A stretch of 64,000 nt of DNA from an uncultured Gammaproteobacteria bacterium (GCA_964525225.1 CAZGDX010000001.1:40654-104653), one strand, 5' to 3'. Positions 1 through 10,082 are shown, counted from the stretch's first letter. Made by a program: numbers and translations. The notes: generated from the sequence alone by a model not told the origin.

Positions 1-189
1 AAGGAACGTATCCCCGAGAGCTGGAAGAAGAAAGATGTCATCGTCTTTGATGGTACTGAGTTGCAGAGCCCGCACGGCGACCGCTACGTTCTCTACCTGT
101 ACTGGTACGGCGTTGGGTGGGACTGGAACTACTACTGGCTTGGGAACGACTGGCGTGCTGGTTACCCGTCTGCGGTTCTCGCAAAGTAG
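1..189 (+). CDS. 3' end of a putative DGR-type variable (target) protein, truncated by the window edge
   Basis: Frame 1 is open to TAG at 187-189: ..IPESWKKKDVIVFDGTELQSPHGDRYVLYLYWYGVGWDWNYYWLGNDWRAGYPSAVLAK. Aromatic-rich C-terminus built mostly of NNC/NNT codons, followed by a pyrimidine tract and a hairpin. Not in the ORF track. Confidence 0.7.
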   Translation, partial: KERIPESWKKKDVIVFDGTELQSPHGDRYVLYLYWYGVGWDWNYYWLGNDWRAGYPSAVLAK

Positions 190-241
190 TTCTTTGTTCT
201 TGAATTTTTGATTTTTTTGGTTTTTGACCCTTTATCTTTAG

Positions 242-300
242 CCCTTGGAATTTTTCCAAGGGTTTTTTATATATCAAAAAACTCCCTCGCGGGAGTTTTT
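242..300. terminator. Two hairpins between convergent genes
   Basis: cccttggaa-ttt-ttccaaggg followed by a T run (242-262) and aaaaactccc-tcgc-gggagttttt (277-300). Confidence 0.7.
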
Positions 301-308
301 TGGTTTGC

Positions 309-1565
309 TTATTCTTTTGTTTCTTTAACAACTTCTTCTTTTACTTCTTCCACTTTTTCTTCAGCAGCTTCTTCTTTTACTTCCGTAGCTGCTTCTTCTG
401 TCTCTTCCGCTTTTTCTTTCTTTGATTTTTTTTCTTTTTTCGGTTTTTCCATTTTTTCGTCGCCCGCTTCTTCTTTCATTTGCTTCAAGCTCAAGCCAAG
501 ACGATGATATTCCGGTTCAATGGTAATAATTTTGAAATTCATCTTGTCGCCGGATTTGGCAATATCTTCAGGACGTTTTCCGCCTTCCAAACCGAGTTCG
601 GAAACGTGGGCAAGCCCATGAATATCGTGGTCAAGTTCCACAAAGAATCCGAATGGATTAGCTTTGAGTACCGTGCCTTCAACAATTTGTCCGATTTGGT
701 ATTTTTCGGCAATTTGCTTCCATGGGTCTTCCTTCAATTTTTTCATTGACAGGAATATTTTTGAACCTTCAATCCCGACGATTTGCGCTTTTATTGTTTC
801 GCCGACCTTCAAAAGGTCGCCCGGATGGTCAATGCGTTGCCAGGCAATTTCGGAAATATGGATTAAGCCCTCCAAATCGTCAAACTTCACGAAAGCTCCA
901 AAATCGGCAAGCGCGGAAATAACGCCTTCCACCATGTCCCCAACTTTGTATTTTTCAATAACTGATTTTTGTTCTTCTTCCCAGACGATTTTTTCCGAGA
1001 AAATCAATTTACCGTCGCCTTCGTCGGCATCCAGAATTTTAACTTTCATTTTTTGTCCGACAAAACCTTTTAATTTTTCAAGAATTTTTGCTTTATCGCC
1101 TCCGGAAACGCGCGGATAATTTTCCGGGCTTAATTGCGAGACCGGAATAAAACCAACCGCGCCCTCAAAAGACGCAATCAATCCGCCTTTGTTGGCTTCC
1201 GTGATTGTCGCGGCGATTGTTTCGCGTTTTTCTTTGGCTTCTTTTATCAAATCCCAGGCCTTTCTTTGACCGGCCGAGCGGAGCGATAGTTCCATTTCGC
1301 CATTTTCATTTTCCAATTCCAAAACCGTGGCCTCTATTTCTTCGCCGGGTTTAAGCATCGCGAGTGTCGGTTCTTCGGAAAGCTCGCGGCCTCGGACAAT
1401 GCCGGTGAAGCCGTTAATATCTATTTTAATTTCGCGCTTTGCGACGGAAATCACTTTACCTTTAACAATATCGCCTTCATTCGGAATGGCGAGATATGCT
1501 TTGTCGTTAAGCAATTTCTTTAATGCGCTGTCTTGCCCCAAAGGGGAGCTTTCAGCTTTAGACAT
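309..1565 (-). CDS. rpsA: 30S ribosomal protein S1
   Basis: Four S1 repeats (e.g. DFGAFVKFDDLEGLIHISEIAW) and a charged C-terminal tail. Confidence 0.92.
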   Translation of the reverse strand: MSKAESSPLGQDSALKKLLNDKAYLAIPNEGDIVKGKVISVAKREIKIDINGFTGIVRGRELSEEPTLAMLKPGEEIEATVLELENENGEMELSLRSAGQRKAWDLIKEAKEKRETIAATITEANKGGLIASFEGAVGFIPVSQLSPENYPRVSGGDKAKILEKLKGFVGQKMKVKILDADEGDGKLIFSEKIVWEEEQKSVIEKYKVGDMVEGVISALADFGAFVKFDDLEGLIHISEIAWQRIDHPGDLLKVGETIKAQIVGIEGSKIFLSMKKLKEDPWKQIAEKYQIGQIVEGTVLKANPFGFFVELDHDIHGLAHVSELGLEGGKRPEDIAKSGDKMNFKIITIEPEYHRLGLSLKQMKEEAGDEKMEKPKKEKKSKKEKAEETEEAATEVKEEAAEEKVEEVKEEVVKETKE

Positions 1566-1858
1566 AATTTAAGTATAAAAAAAAATATGTTAGCCCTTAT
1601 TCCGCCACAGGCGGATAGAGCCCCCGTTAGGGGATAAATTAGATTAATTAAGTTTGGTTTAATCTTAATACATTATTGGAAAATAGTCAAGATTTGGCGT
1701 CAAAATGCGGTTGAAATTACCTCTTGCGTGTTTTAAGCCAGCGTGATAAAATGTGGGTAGATTTTATAAGAAGATTTGACTTAAAGTAGATATAAAATTT
1801 CCATAGATTTTCACAGATAAAATCTGAAATCGTAAATCTTAAATCGTAAATTATATTT

Positions 1859-2506
1859 ATGGCTTTATCCATTACTTGGCACGGGCTTTCGTGCTTTGAA
1901 ATACAGACCAAGGTAGACAAAGAGGAATCAGTAGTTGTTACCGACCCGTACGATTCTTCGTCCGGACTTCGCGTTCCGCGCACTCTTGCCGCGGATATTG
2001 TGACAGTTTCAAAAGATAATCCGCTTTGCAACAATTTGGAAGCGATAAAAAGCGACGCGGTTGTTGTTAAAGCCCCGGGAGAATACGAAATAAAAGGAAT
2101 TTTTGTTTACGGTACCACATCTTCGCCGGAAAAGGGAAAAGACCAGACAATTTTTTATCGGTTTGAAATGGAGAATATTTCTCTTGTCCATCTCGGCGAT
2201 TTAAGTTACGAACCTTCAAACAAGGATTTGGAGGCACTTGGCGAACCGGATATTCTTTTCGTTCCGGTGAGCGGAGAAAAAACAATTGACATGAAAAAAA
2301 TTGCGGCCGTAGTTACCGCGCTTGACCCGCGGATTGTAATACCGATGAATTACGCGATTCCGAATTTAAAAATAAAACTTGACCCGGTGGAAAAATTTTT
2401 GAAAGAGATGGGAGTTAAAAATCAGGAAACAACCAAAAAAATTAAAGTTTCCAAAAAGGATTTAACCGGCGAAGAGATGAAAGTGGTGGTGCTGGATCGC
2501 GAGTAG
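1859..2506 (+). CDS. MBL-fold metallo-hydrolase
   Basis: ITWHGLSCF, TDPY, PGEYEIKG, HLGDL and IVIPMNY motifs; the metal-binding His motif looks degenerate. Confidence 0.8.
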   Translation: MALSITWHGLSCFEIQTKVDKEESVVVTDPYDSSSGLRVPRTLAADIVTVSKDNPLCNNLEAIKSDAVVVKAPGEYEIKGIFVYGTTSSPEKGKDQTIFYRFEMENISLVHLGDLSYEPSNKDLEALGEPDILFVPVSGEKTIDMKKIAAVVTALDPRIVIPMNYAIPNLKIKLDPVEKFLKEMGVKNQETTKKIKVSKKDLTGEEMKVVVLDRE

Positions 2507-2592
2507 TTCATTTTAGATTTAAGATTTCTGATTTAAGATTTATTTAAAATAATTCGTAAATCGTAAATCGAAAATCATAAATAACTTATTCT

Positions 2593-2907
2593 ATGGAGGC
2601 GAAAAATAATCGTTTTTTAATCTATTTGTTGGTGGCCATAGTTGCCGGTTTTATATTTGTTTGCTGGCTGTATCTGTTGCCCTATATCATAAAACAAAAC
2701 AAAAATTTTAAAGACAATAAAAACGATTTTCAAAAAATCCACGAGGAAGCAAGGGGAACTTTGGATGAAGTGAGGGAGATGATAAAAAATATGGGCGAAA
2801 AAATTGAAGAATTGAAGACGGCCACGTCAACACAGGCGGCAGAAATTAAAAATCAGGACATAAATTTGTTAAAAGAAAAAATTTTGGAATTAAATTTGAA
2901 AAAATAA
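2593..2907 (+). CDS. Hypothetical membrane-anchored coiled-coil protein
   Basis: One N-terminal hydrophobic helix; ends 9 nt before gyrA. Confidence 0.65.
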   Translation: MEAKNNRFLIYLLVAIVAGFIFVCWLYLLPYIIKQNKNFKDNKNDFQKIHEEARGTLDEVREMIKNMGEKIEELKTATSTQAAEIKNQDINLLKEKILELNLKK

Positions 2908-2916
2908 CAGCAGTAT

Positions 2917-5400
2917 ATGGTTAGTAAAAAAGATGAAAAAACACCTCCAATGGAAGAAAAAATAAGCGATGCGAAAATTGTTAACCGTTCAATCGTTGAT
3001 GAGATGCAAGATTCCTATTTGGATTACGCAATGTCGGTAATCGTTTCGCGCGCGCTTCCGGATGTTCGCGACGGTTTAAAGCCGGTACACCGGAGAATTC
3101 TTTACGCAATGTGGAATATCGGGTTGAAAGCCGGAGCAAAGTTCAGAAAATCGGCGACTGTCGTCGGTGAAGTTCTTGGAAAATACCATCCTCACGGCGA
3201 TTCCGCGGTATACGAATCAATGGTCAGAATGGCCCAGGATTTTTCTTTGCGCTATCCGCTCGTGAACGGACAAGGAAACTTCGGCAGTTTGGATGGCGAC
3301 TCCGCGGCGGCTATGCGTTATACGGAAGCCAAGCTCACCGGAATCGCGGAAGAAATGCTTTTTGACCTTGAAAAAGATACAGTTGATTTTATTCCGAATT
3401 ATGACGGTTCAACAAAAGAACCGCAGGTCTTGCCGTCAAAACTTCCTAATTTGCTTTTAAACGGCACGATGGGCATTGCGGTCGGCATGGCGACAAATAT
3501 CCCGCCACACAATTTAGGAGAGTTGTGCGATGGCGCGGCGCATCTGATAGAAAATCCTAACGCTTCAATTGACGATTTGATGCAATTTATAAAAGGACCG
3601 GATTTTCCGACTGGCGGCATAATTTATGGGGCAAAAGATATCGCGCAGGCATACGCATGCGGAAAGGGCGGGGTGGTGGTGCGCGCGAAAACGGAAATTT
3701 CCGAAACCAAACAAGGGCATTTTCAGATTATTGTTTCCGAAATTCCTTACGCGGTCAATAAAGCGTCTCTTTTGGAAAAAATTGCCAATTTGGTTAATGA
3801 AAAGAAAATAGAGGGCATCCGCGATTTGCGCGATGAATCCAATAAAGACGGCTTGCGTATTGTTGTTGATTTGAAAAAAGACGCGTATCCGAAAAAAGTT
3901 TTAAACAAACTTTATCTTTCCACGCAGCTTCAAGATACTTTTCATTTCAATACGCTTGCGCTTGTTGACGGAATTCCGCGCATGCTCACGTTGAAAATGA
4001 TGCTTGAAGAATATCTCAAACACAGAGAAGTCGTAATTAAAAGGCGGACTAATTTTGAACTTCAAAAGGCAAAAGACAGAGCGCATATTTTAGAGGGTTT
4101 AAAAATCGCCATTCTTAAAATTGACCAAGTTATCTCTACGATTAAAAAATCCCGCGACAAAGATGAAGCGCGCGTTAATTTGATGAAAAAATTTAAGTTT
4201 TCCGAACCACAAACGCTCGCGATTTTGGAAATGCGCTTGCAGCAGCTTGCCAATATGGAACGCGTAAAAGTTGAGCAGGAATTGAAGGAAAAGAAAGAAC
4301 TGATAAAAGAACTGACTGATATTTTATCATCTCCGAAAAAAATAATGGCAGTGGTAAAAAAAGAAATAGTGGAAATAAAGGAAAAATATGCCGACGAACG
4401 AAGAACGCAAATTATTTCCCACGCGGTAAAAGAATTTTCCGCGGAAGATGTTATTCCGAACGAACCGACAATCATAATGATTACAAATGACGGGTACATA
4501 AAACGTTTGCCGCCGGATACTTTCCGCACTCAAGCGCGCGGAGGCAAAGGTGTTTCCGGACTTGCCATAAAAGAAGAAGACGTTGTTGAAGAAGTGAAGG
4601 CGACTATGACTCACGCCGACTTGCTTTTCTTTACCACTAGAGGGCGGGTATTTGAATTGAAAGCGTATGATGTTCCGGCTGCCTCCAGAATTTCCAAAGG
4701 GCAGGCATTGGTAAACTTTTTACAGCTCGGACCGAATGAAAAGGTCTCGGAAATGCTTTCCATTGAGGACTTGAAAGAATATAAATATTTGGTGATGACT
4801 ACGGCTATGGGCGTTGTGAAGAAAGTTGATATTAACGCTTTTGTAAATGTCCGCCGGTCCGGTCTTATCGCGCTGAAATTGCATGATGAAGATGTTCTTG
4901 GTTGGGTAAAACCGTCAACCGGAAGCGATGAGGTGGTAATTATCACATCGCTCGGTCAATCCATAAAATTTAAAGAAAAAGACGTGAGAGAAATGGGCAG
5001 AAATGCCGCCGGAGTGCGCGGTATCCGTTTGAAAAAGAACGACAAGGTCGTTGGTATGGATATAGTGGACCCGGCGCTCGTAAAAAAAGATGTCTTGGAA
5101 CTTTTCGTGGTAAGCCAGAATGGTTTTGGAAAACGCACGGGTCTTAAAAGTTATAAAACCCAGCATCGCGGCGGTTCAGGAATCAAGACCTCCAAAGTAA
5201 CTCCAAAAACCGGAAAGCTGGTAAGCGGATATATTACCAATTCCGAAGACGAACGCGACGTGATAATAATTTCCGATAAAGGGCAAGTTATTAGAATTCC
5301 GTTTTCAAGCATTTCTGTTATTGGTCGCGCGACCCAGGGTGTCTGTCTGATGAAATTCAAGGCCAAAGGAGATGAAATTGCCAGCGTGACAATCATTTAA
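2917..5400 (+). CDS. gyrA: DNA gyrase subunit A
   Basis: [30 protein letters not shown], GyrA-box QARGGKG and C-terminal pinwheel repeats. Confidence 0.98.
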   Translation: MVSKKDEKTPPMEEKISDAKIVNRSIVDEMQDSYLDYAMSVIVSRALPDVRDGLKPVHRRILYAMWNIGLKAGAKFRKSATVVGEVLGKYHPHGDSAVYESMVRMAQDFSLRYPLVNGQGNFGSLDGDSAAAMRYTEAKLTGIAEEMLFDLEKDTVDFIPNYDGSTKEPQVLPSKLPNLLLNGTMGIAVGMATNIPPHNLGELCDGAAHLIENPNASIDDLMQFIKGPDFPTGGIIYGAKDIAQAYACGKGGVVVRAKTEISETKQGHFQIIVSEIPYAVNKASLLEKIANLVNEKKIEGIRDLRDESNKDGLRIVVDLKKDAYPKKVLNKLYLSTQLQDTFHFNTLALVDGIPRMLTLKMMLEEYLKHREVVIKRRTNFELQKAKDRAHILEGLKIAILKIDQVISTIKKSRDKDEARVNLMKKFKFSEPQTLAILEMRLQQLANMERVKVEQELKEKKELIKELTDILSSPKKIMAVVKKEIVEIKEKYADERRTQIISHAVKEFSAEDVIPNEPTIIMITNDGYIKRLPPDTFRTQARGGKGVSGLAIKEEDVVEEVKATMTHADLLFFTTRGRVFELKAYDVPAASRISKGQALVNFLQLGPNEKVSEMLSIEDLKEYKYLVMTTAMGVVKKVDINAFVNVRRSGLIALKLHDEDVLGWVKPSTGSDEVVIITSLGQSIKFKEKDVREMGRNAAGVRGIRLKKNDKVVGMDIVDPALVKKDVLELFVVSQNGFGKRTGLKSYKTQHRGGSGIKTSKVTPKTGKLVSGYITNSEDERDVIIISDKGQVIRIPFSSISVIGRATQGVCLMKFKAKGDEIASVTII

Positions 5401-5482
5401 TCACAGGTTTTTTCCACGCGGATAATGCCGATTGAAAATTGGCGTAAAAAATCCCCCATAGAAATGTGGGGGATTAATTGTG

Positions 5483-5623
5483 TTAATTATTTTCTCTGTA
5501 TGTCCGATTTTCCATTTCTTTTTTTAAGTTTTCTTCTCTGTGGCTCCTTTTGATTTTTGCCAGAATAATTGTAGCCAGGATAATAAAGCTGATAATTAAG
5601 CACATGGCAATAACTGCCTGCAT
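5483..5623 (-). CDS. Small (46 aa) single-TM protein
   Basis: MQAVIAMCLIISFIILATIILAKIKRSHREENLKKEMENRTYRENN, with a GGAGG SD and an upstream TTGACA; below the ORF-track size cutoff. Confidence 0.45.
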   Translation of the reverse strand: MQAVIAMCLIISFIILATIILAKIKRSHREENLKKEMENRTYRENN

Positions 5624-5759
5624 TGTATTTTCCTCCGTTGATTTTTTTGTACTATGATATTTTTATCACAGAACCGCCATCTTGTCAAAATTAAAAAAAA
5701 GGTATATGATAAAAATGAATTAACAATTATCAAATTAAAACTGAAAATTAATATATAAT

Positions 5760-5963
5760 ATGCCTTTACCAAAAAAACGACATCCAAGTTCACGCAAACG
5801 GAGAAGGGCGGCGCATTTTGCTTTAAAAAAAGTAAATGTTGCAACTTGTCCGAAATGCAAGCAAGCGATTATGCCGCACACAGCTTGCTCTTTTTGCGGA
5901 ACTTATAAAAATAGAGAAGTGGTCAAACCCCGTGTTAAAGCGAAGAAAACAAGCAAGAAATAA
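5760..5963 (+). CDS. rpmF: 50S ribosomal protein L32
   Basis: MPLPKKR..RRRR; CPKC..PHTACSFCGTY zinc ribbon. Confidence 0.96.
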   Translation: MPLPKKRHPSSRKRRRAAHFALKKVNVATCPKCKQAIMPHTACSFCGTYKNREVVKPRVKAKKTSKK

Positions 5964-6062
5964 ATTTTAACTTTGTGAGTTTTTCGTAAAGTTAAAATGT
6001 TAAATTGTTAAATATTGAGCGTTAAAACAATTTAACAATGAAACGATTTAACATTTGGATTT

Positions 6063-6521
6063 ATGTCTAGCCGCCATCTATCAAGGACAATCGCCATGCA
6101 ATCCCTTTATGAATGGGATTTTAAGGGCAAAATTAAAAACGAGCTGTCCACGATTGTAAAACACAATCTTGTTGAATTTGCGCCTGGAATCAAAGATGAT
6201 GCTTTTACTCGCGATCTTGCCGATGGAGTTTTGCGACACCTGGAAGAAATAGACGCATTGATTAAAAAATACGCCACCCAATGGCCCATAGACCAGATAA
6301 CTACGATAGACCGCAATGTTTTGCGTCTTGGAATTTTTGAACTTGTTTTTTATGAAAATACACCGTCGCGAGTCGCGATAAACGAAGCGATAGAAGTGGC
6401 AAAAAGTTTTGGCGGAGAATCTTCGGGGAAATTTATTAACGGCGTTCTTGGAGCGATATATAAAGACAGGATGGACGCGGGTCAAATAAAAGAGGCGGAT
6501 AAAGAGACAAAAATAAATTAA
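6063..6521 (+). CDS. nusB: Transcription antitermination factor NusB
   Basis: RHLSRTIAMQSLYEWD; VAINEAIEVAKSFG..FINGVLG. Confidence 0.96.
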   Translation: MSSRHLSRTIAMQSLYEWDFKGKIKNELSTIVKHNLVEFAPGIKDDAFTRDLADGVLRHLEEIDALIKKYATQWPIDQITTIDRNVLRLGIFELVFYENTPSRVAINEAIEVAKSFGGESSGKFINGVLGAIYKDRMDAGQIKEADKETKIN

Positions 6522-6645
6522 TTCAAATATCATGCGAATGGTATGCGAATGCCGCGAATAGTGAAATGCGCGAAGCGCGCATGGATAATTTGTGTCATTC
6601 GTATGTATTTGTGTGATATTGGCATCAAACGATGCTAATCGTACT

Positions 6646-7335
6646 ATGAAAGATTTTTCTAATTTGGAAAAAAAATTGGGGGTATCTTTTAAAAATCAAG
6701 ATTTGTTAATTCAGGCGCTTACGCACCGTTCGTATATAAACGAACACCCGTCGTTCCGTCTTGGGCACAATGAACGCCTGGAATTTTTGGGCGACGCGGT
6801 TTTGGAATTGGTGGTGACTGAAAATCTTTATAACAATTATCCGAATCCGGAAGGAGAGCTTACAAATTGGCGCGCCAGTTTGGTAAACGCCATAATGCTG
6901 TCAAAAATTTGTCGGGATATTGAAGTTGAAGAATTTTTATTGCTTTCCAAGGGGGAATCAAAAGACAAGAAAAGCAAAGCGCGGCAGTATATTTTAGCTA
7001 ACGCTTTTGAAGCGATTATTGGCGCTATTTATTTGGACGGCGGATATGAAACCGCCAAAGAATTTATTTTAAAAAACGTGGTAAAAGAACTTCAAAATAT
7101 TTTGGAGAAAAAACTTTACCTAGACCCAAAAAGCAACTTTCAGGAGATGGCGCAGGAGAGAGTCGGCATTACTCCATCTTATCGTGTTTTGGAAGAAACC
7201 GGTCCGGACCATGCTAAAAATTTTAAAGTGGGAGTTTATCTGGAAGACGAGCTTGTCGCCACAGGTGAAGGTTCGTCAAAACAGGAGGCGCAGGTGGAGG
7301 CGGCGACAAAAGCGATTGAGGCAAAACAGTGGTAA
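6646..7335 (+). CDS. rnc: Ribonuclease III
   Basis: ALTHRSY, NERLEFLGDAVL and a dsRBD. Start moved to ATG 6646 because the upstream extension is repeat DNA. Confidence 0.97.
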   Translation: MKDFSNLEKKLGVSFKNQDLLIQALTHRSYINEHPSFRLGHNERLEFLGDAVLELVVTENLYNNYPNPEGELTNWRASLVNAIMLSKICRDIEVEEFLLLSKGESKDKKSKARQYILANAFEAIIGAIYLDGGYETAKEFILKNVVKELQNILEKKLYLDPKSNFQEMAQERVGITPSYRVLEETGPDHAKNFKVGVYLEDELVATGEGSSKQEAQVEAATKAIEAKQW

Positions 7336-7481
7336 AATAGAATAAAATTCGAAATTTAAATATCGAAATCCGAAACAAATTCAAAATACAAAAATTAAAA
7401 TGTTTTAAACACGTTTTGAATTTTGAAAATTAGATATTGTTTCGTATTTAGGATTTCGCATTTCGAATTTTTTGTTAAACT

Positions 7482-8519
7482 ATGTCGTTAAATGTTTTAT
7501 TTAAAGTCGTGGAAAAACGGAATGCCTCTGATTTGCATTTGGTTGTCGGGCTTCCGCCGGTTTTACGCGTGGACGGCGAGCTGGAAGAAATCCAGGCGCA
7601 TACCGCGCTTACCGAAAAATCAATCAAAGAATTGGTTTTCGGAATTTTGGACCGCGAGCAGGAAGAAAAATTTGAGCGGGAAAAAGAATTGGATTTCGCG
7701 CACGAGATAGAAAACGGAACGCGTTTCCGCGTTAATATATTTTTTGAAAAAGGAAATATAAGTTTGGCGGCTCGCTTGATTCCGCAGGAAATTCCGACAA
7801 TGGAATCTTTGGAAATGCCGGAAGTGGCATACGATTTAGCGCGCAAACCGCACGGTTTGGTTCTGGTAACTGGTCCGACCGGCTCCGGAAAATCAACCAC
7901 GCTCGCGGCAATGATTGATTTGATTAACAAAGAAGAAAACGTTAATATCATAACTCTTGAAGACCCGATAGAATTTTTATTCAAGCCGGAAAAAGCAATA
8001 ATCAGGCAAAGGCAGGTTGGTTTTGACACTTCCAATTTTGCCGATTCGCTCCGCAGAGTTTTACGCCAGGACCCGGATGTCGTAATGGTGGGAGAAATGC
8101 GCGATTTGGAAACAATCGCCACCGCGCTGACATTGGCGGAAACCGGGCATTTGGTTTTTGCCACGCTTCATACTTGGAGCGCGGCGCAGACCATAGACCG
8201 CATAATAGACAGTTTTCCGGCGCATCAGCAAACACAAATTCGTTTGCAACTCGCGCTTACTCTTCGTGGAATTATTTCTCAGCAATTATTACCGCAAATC
8301 GGAGGCGGACGGGTGGCGGCGCGCGAGATTTTGGTAAATACTCCGGCAGTGGCAAATATGGTCCGTGAAAATAAAATTGTTCAGATAAATACTATTTTAG
8401 AAACTAACGCCAAACTTGGAATGGTAAGTTTGCGCCAGGATTTGCGTCGGCTTTTGAAAGAAAAAAGAATTGAAAAAGAAATCGCGGAAACATACGCAAT
8501 GGGAGAGATAGAAGAATAG
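7482..8519 (+). CDS. pilT: Type IV pilus retraction ATPase PilT/PilU family
   Basis: ASDLHL, GPTGSGKSTT, TLEDPIE, LRQDPDVVMVGEMRD, ETGHLVFATLH. Confidence 0.93.
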   Translation: MSLNVLFKVVEKRNASDLHLVVGLPPVLRVDGELEEIQAHTALTEKSIKELVFGILDREQEEKFEREKELDFAHEIENGTRFRVNIFFEKGNISLAARLIPQEIPTMESLEMPEVAYDLARKPHGLVLVTGPTGSGKSTTLAAMIDLINKEENVNIITLEDPIEFLFKPEKAIIRQRQVGFDTSNFADSLRRVLRQDPDVVMVGEMRDLETIATALTLAETGHLVFATLHTWSAAQTIDRIIDSFPAHQQTQIRLQLALTLRGIISQQLLPQIGGGRVAAREILVNTPAVANMVRENKIVQINTILETNAKLGMVSLRQDLRRLLKEKRIEKEIAETYAMGEIEE

Positions 8520-8531
8520 CTGGACATCGTG

Positions 8532-8559
8532 GTAGGGGACAGGCATGCCTGTTCCCTAC
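8532..8559 (+). repeat. GTAG-type REP-like palindrome
   Basis: GTAGGGGACAGGCATGCCTGTTCCCTAC; related copy at 45129-45156. Confidence 0.7.
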
Positions 8560-8674
8560 ATTTGTTTAAGAACAGGAATTGACAAAATTGCCATTTGGAG
8601 TTATAATAAACATAAATTCTTTACATCTTCAACCCGGCGGATAGAGCATTGATTTCCTGCCCGCCACGGCCTGA

Positions 8675-8746
8675 GCCCTTGTAGCTTAATGGATAAAGTA
8701 GCGGTCTTCGGAACCGCTGATGTAGGTTCGATTCCTACCAAGGGCA
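8675..8746 (+). tRNA. tRNA-Arg(UCG)
   Basis: Acceptor GCCCTTG/CAAGGGC; anticodon arm GCGGT-CTTCGGA-ACCGC; T arm GTAGG-TTCGATT-CCTAC. Confidence 0.92.
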
Positions 8747-8816
8747 TAGGCGATGGCAGGTGTGTTGAGGATTGGCAATCAGGGTTTGATTTTATCAGGA
8801 TGCTGTAAATAATTAC

Positions 8817-8889
8817 GCGCCCATAGCTCAATTGGCAGAGCAGATCCCTCTTAAGGATAAGGTTACAGGTTCGATTCCTGTTGGGCGCA
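8817..8889 (+). tRNA. tRNA-Lys(CUU)
   Basis: Acceptor GCGCCCA/TGGGCGC; anticodon loop CTCTTAA; T loop TTCGATT. Confidence 0.92.
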
Positions 8890-8940
8890 TTTTTGTTTAT
8901 TTAATTTTAAAAATACCCCGGATAAGCCGGGGTATTATTG

Positions 8941-9486
8941 TCAGATTGGTTCGTCTGTTGGTTCCGAGGTTCCTGATTCTGCCGGAGCCGGGTCGGATAC
9001 TTCTTCATAGTTGATGTTTTCGGGGTCAACTCCGTACATCATAAGCGCAAAAATAATTGCCAGCGCGCGGTCGCGGTTTATGCTGTTGTCGCCGGTTTCC
9101 GATATGGAAATAATGGAAATTCCCTGTAAATGGGAAGCCCGGTTGATGACCTCCGCGATAAGCCGAAGATTAATGTCAAGTTCGCTGGAAATGGCGGTAT
9201 TGGTATGGTTGCCAAAATCCGCAAAAAATGATAATCCGCCTTGTGTCATTTGGCCATTTCTGTCAACTACGACAACTCCAACCAAAATCCCGAGACCGCG
9301 TTGCCACATGTTTTCATCGTCCAGACGCGGGATCGTGCCGGAAAGCCGCGCCTCAATCGTTTCAATCTCGTTGGGTGTGATTTCGGCATCCGGAATACTG
9401 GAAATGGTTTGCCGCTGTTGTCCGGCGCATCCGCAGAAAATAACGAAAATAAGCGTAAAAATCAGGAACAAAGCGGCGTTTTTCAT
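8941..9486 (-). CDS. Hypothetical lipoprotein (mature part Lys-free)
   Basis: Signal peptide ending IFCGC, AGGAG SD, its own TTGACG promoter, and a hairpin at 8913-8937. Confidence 0.75.
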   Translation of the reverse strand: MKNAALFLIFTLIFVIFCGCAGQQRQTISSIPDAEITPNEIETIEARLSGTIPRLDDENMWQRGLGILVGVVVVDRNGQMTQGGLSFFADFGNHTNTAISSELDINLRLIAEVINRASHLQGISIISISETGDNSINRDRALAIIFALMMYGVDPENINYEEVSDPAPAESGTSEPTDEPI

Positions 9487-9684
9487 TTTCTCTTCTCCTT
9501 TTTTGTTTTCTCTCTTTACAGAGAGATTTTTAAATTTAGGCGGTTTTTAAAGGTCTATTTTGTTTTATCTTATATCTTATGAGTTTATTCGTCAAGTGTA
9601 ATAAAGGCCCCAGAAGTTTAGTTTTAAAATGGCTTAATTTAGCTAATAATTCGTGTTGACATTGATGGTTTGCCGTACACCCTC

Positions 9685-9713
9685 TTGACAAATTTTTTAA
9701 AATATGCTATATT
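9685..9713 (+). promoter_or_regulatory. Sigma70-type promoter of the tRNA array
   Basis: TTGACA-17 bp-TATATT with TG extension. Confidence 0.75.
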
Positions 9714-9744
9714 ACTTTGATACTTACAATACAAGTGAGTACCG

Positions 9745-9830
9745 GCTGAGATGGCGAAATGGCAGACGCCGGGCGCTTAAAACGCCCTGTCCCTCGGGAC
9801 GTGCGGGTTCAAATCCCGCTCTCGGCACCA
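9745..9830 (+). tRNA. tRNA-Leu(UAA)
   Basis: Anticodon arm GGGCG-CTTAAAA-CGCCC, long variable arm, encoded CCA. Confidence 0.93.
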
Positions 9831-9851
9831 AAAGACGGATTTTATCCGTCT

Positions 9852-9924
9852 GGCCCGGTAGTTAAGTGGCAATAACGCCCGCCTTATAAGTGGGAAGACG
9901 GGGGTTCGAGTCCCTCCCGGGTCA
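9852..9924 (+). tRNA. tRNA-Ile(UAU)
   Basis: Acceptor GGCCCGG/CCGGGTC, discriminator A; anticodon arm CCCGC-CTTATAA-GTGGG. Confidence 0.88.
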
Positions 9925-9944
9925 CTAAAGGCAGAAATGTCTTT

Positions 9945-10022
9945 GCGCCGTTAGAGGCTTAATAGGTTAGAGCCGCTGCTTAAGCATAGCAGAGGATGCA
10001 GGTTCGAATCCTGCACGGCGCG
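9945..10022 (+). tRNA. Atypical tRNA-like gene, anticodon undetermined
   Basis: Acceptor, D, anticodon and T stems all pair, but the anticodon loop is TAAGCAT (no U33) and the acceptor-D linker is 4 nt. Confidence 0.65.
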
Positions 10023-10082
10023 CAGGGGGTCCGCGTTGTTACGTTAAGGATAAAGGGAATAACAACGCGGACCCCATTTCTC

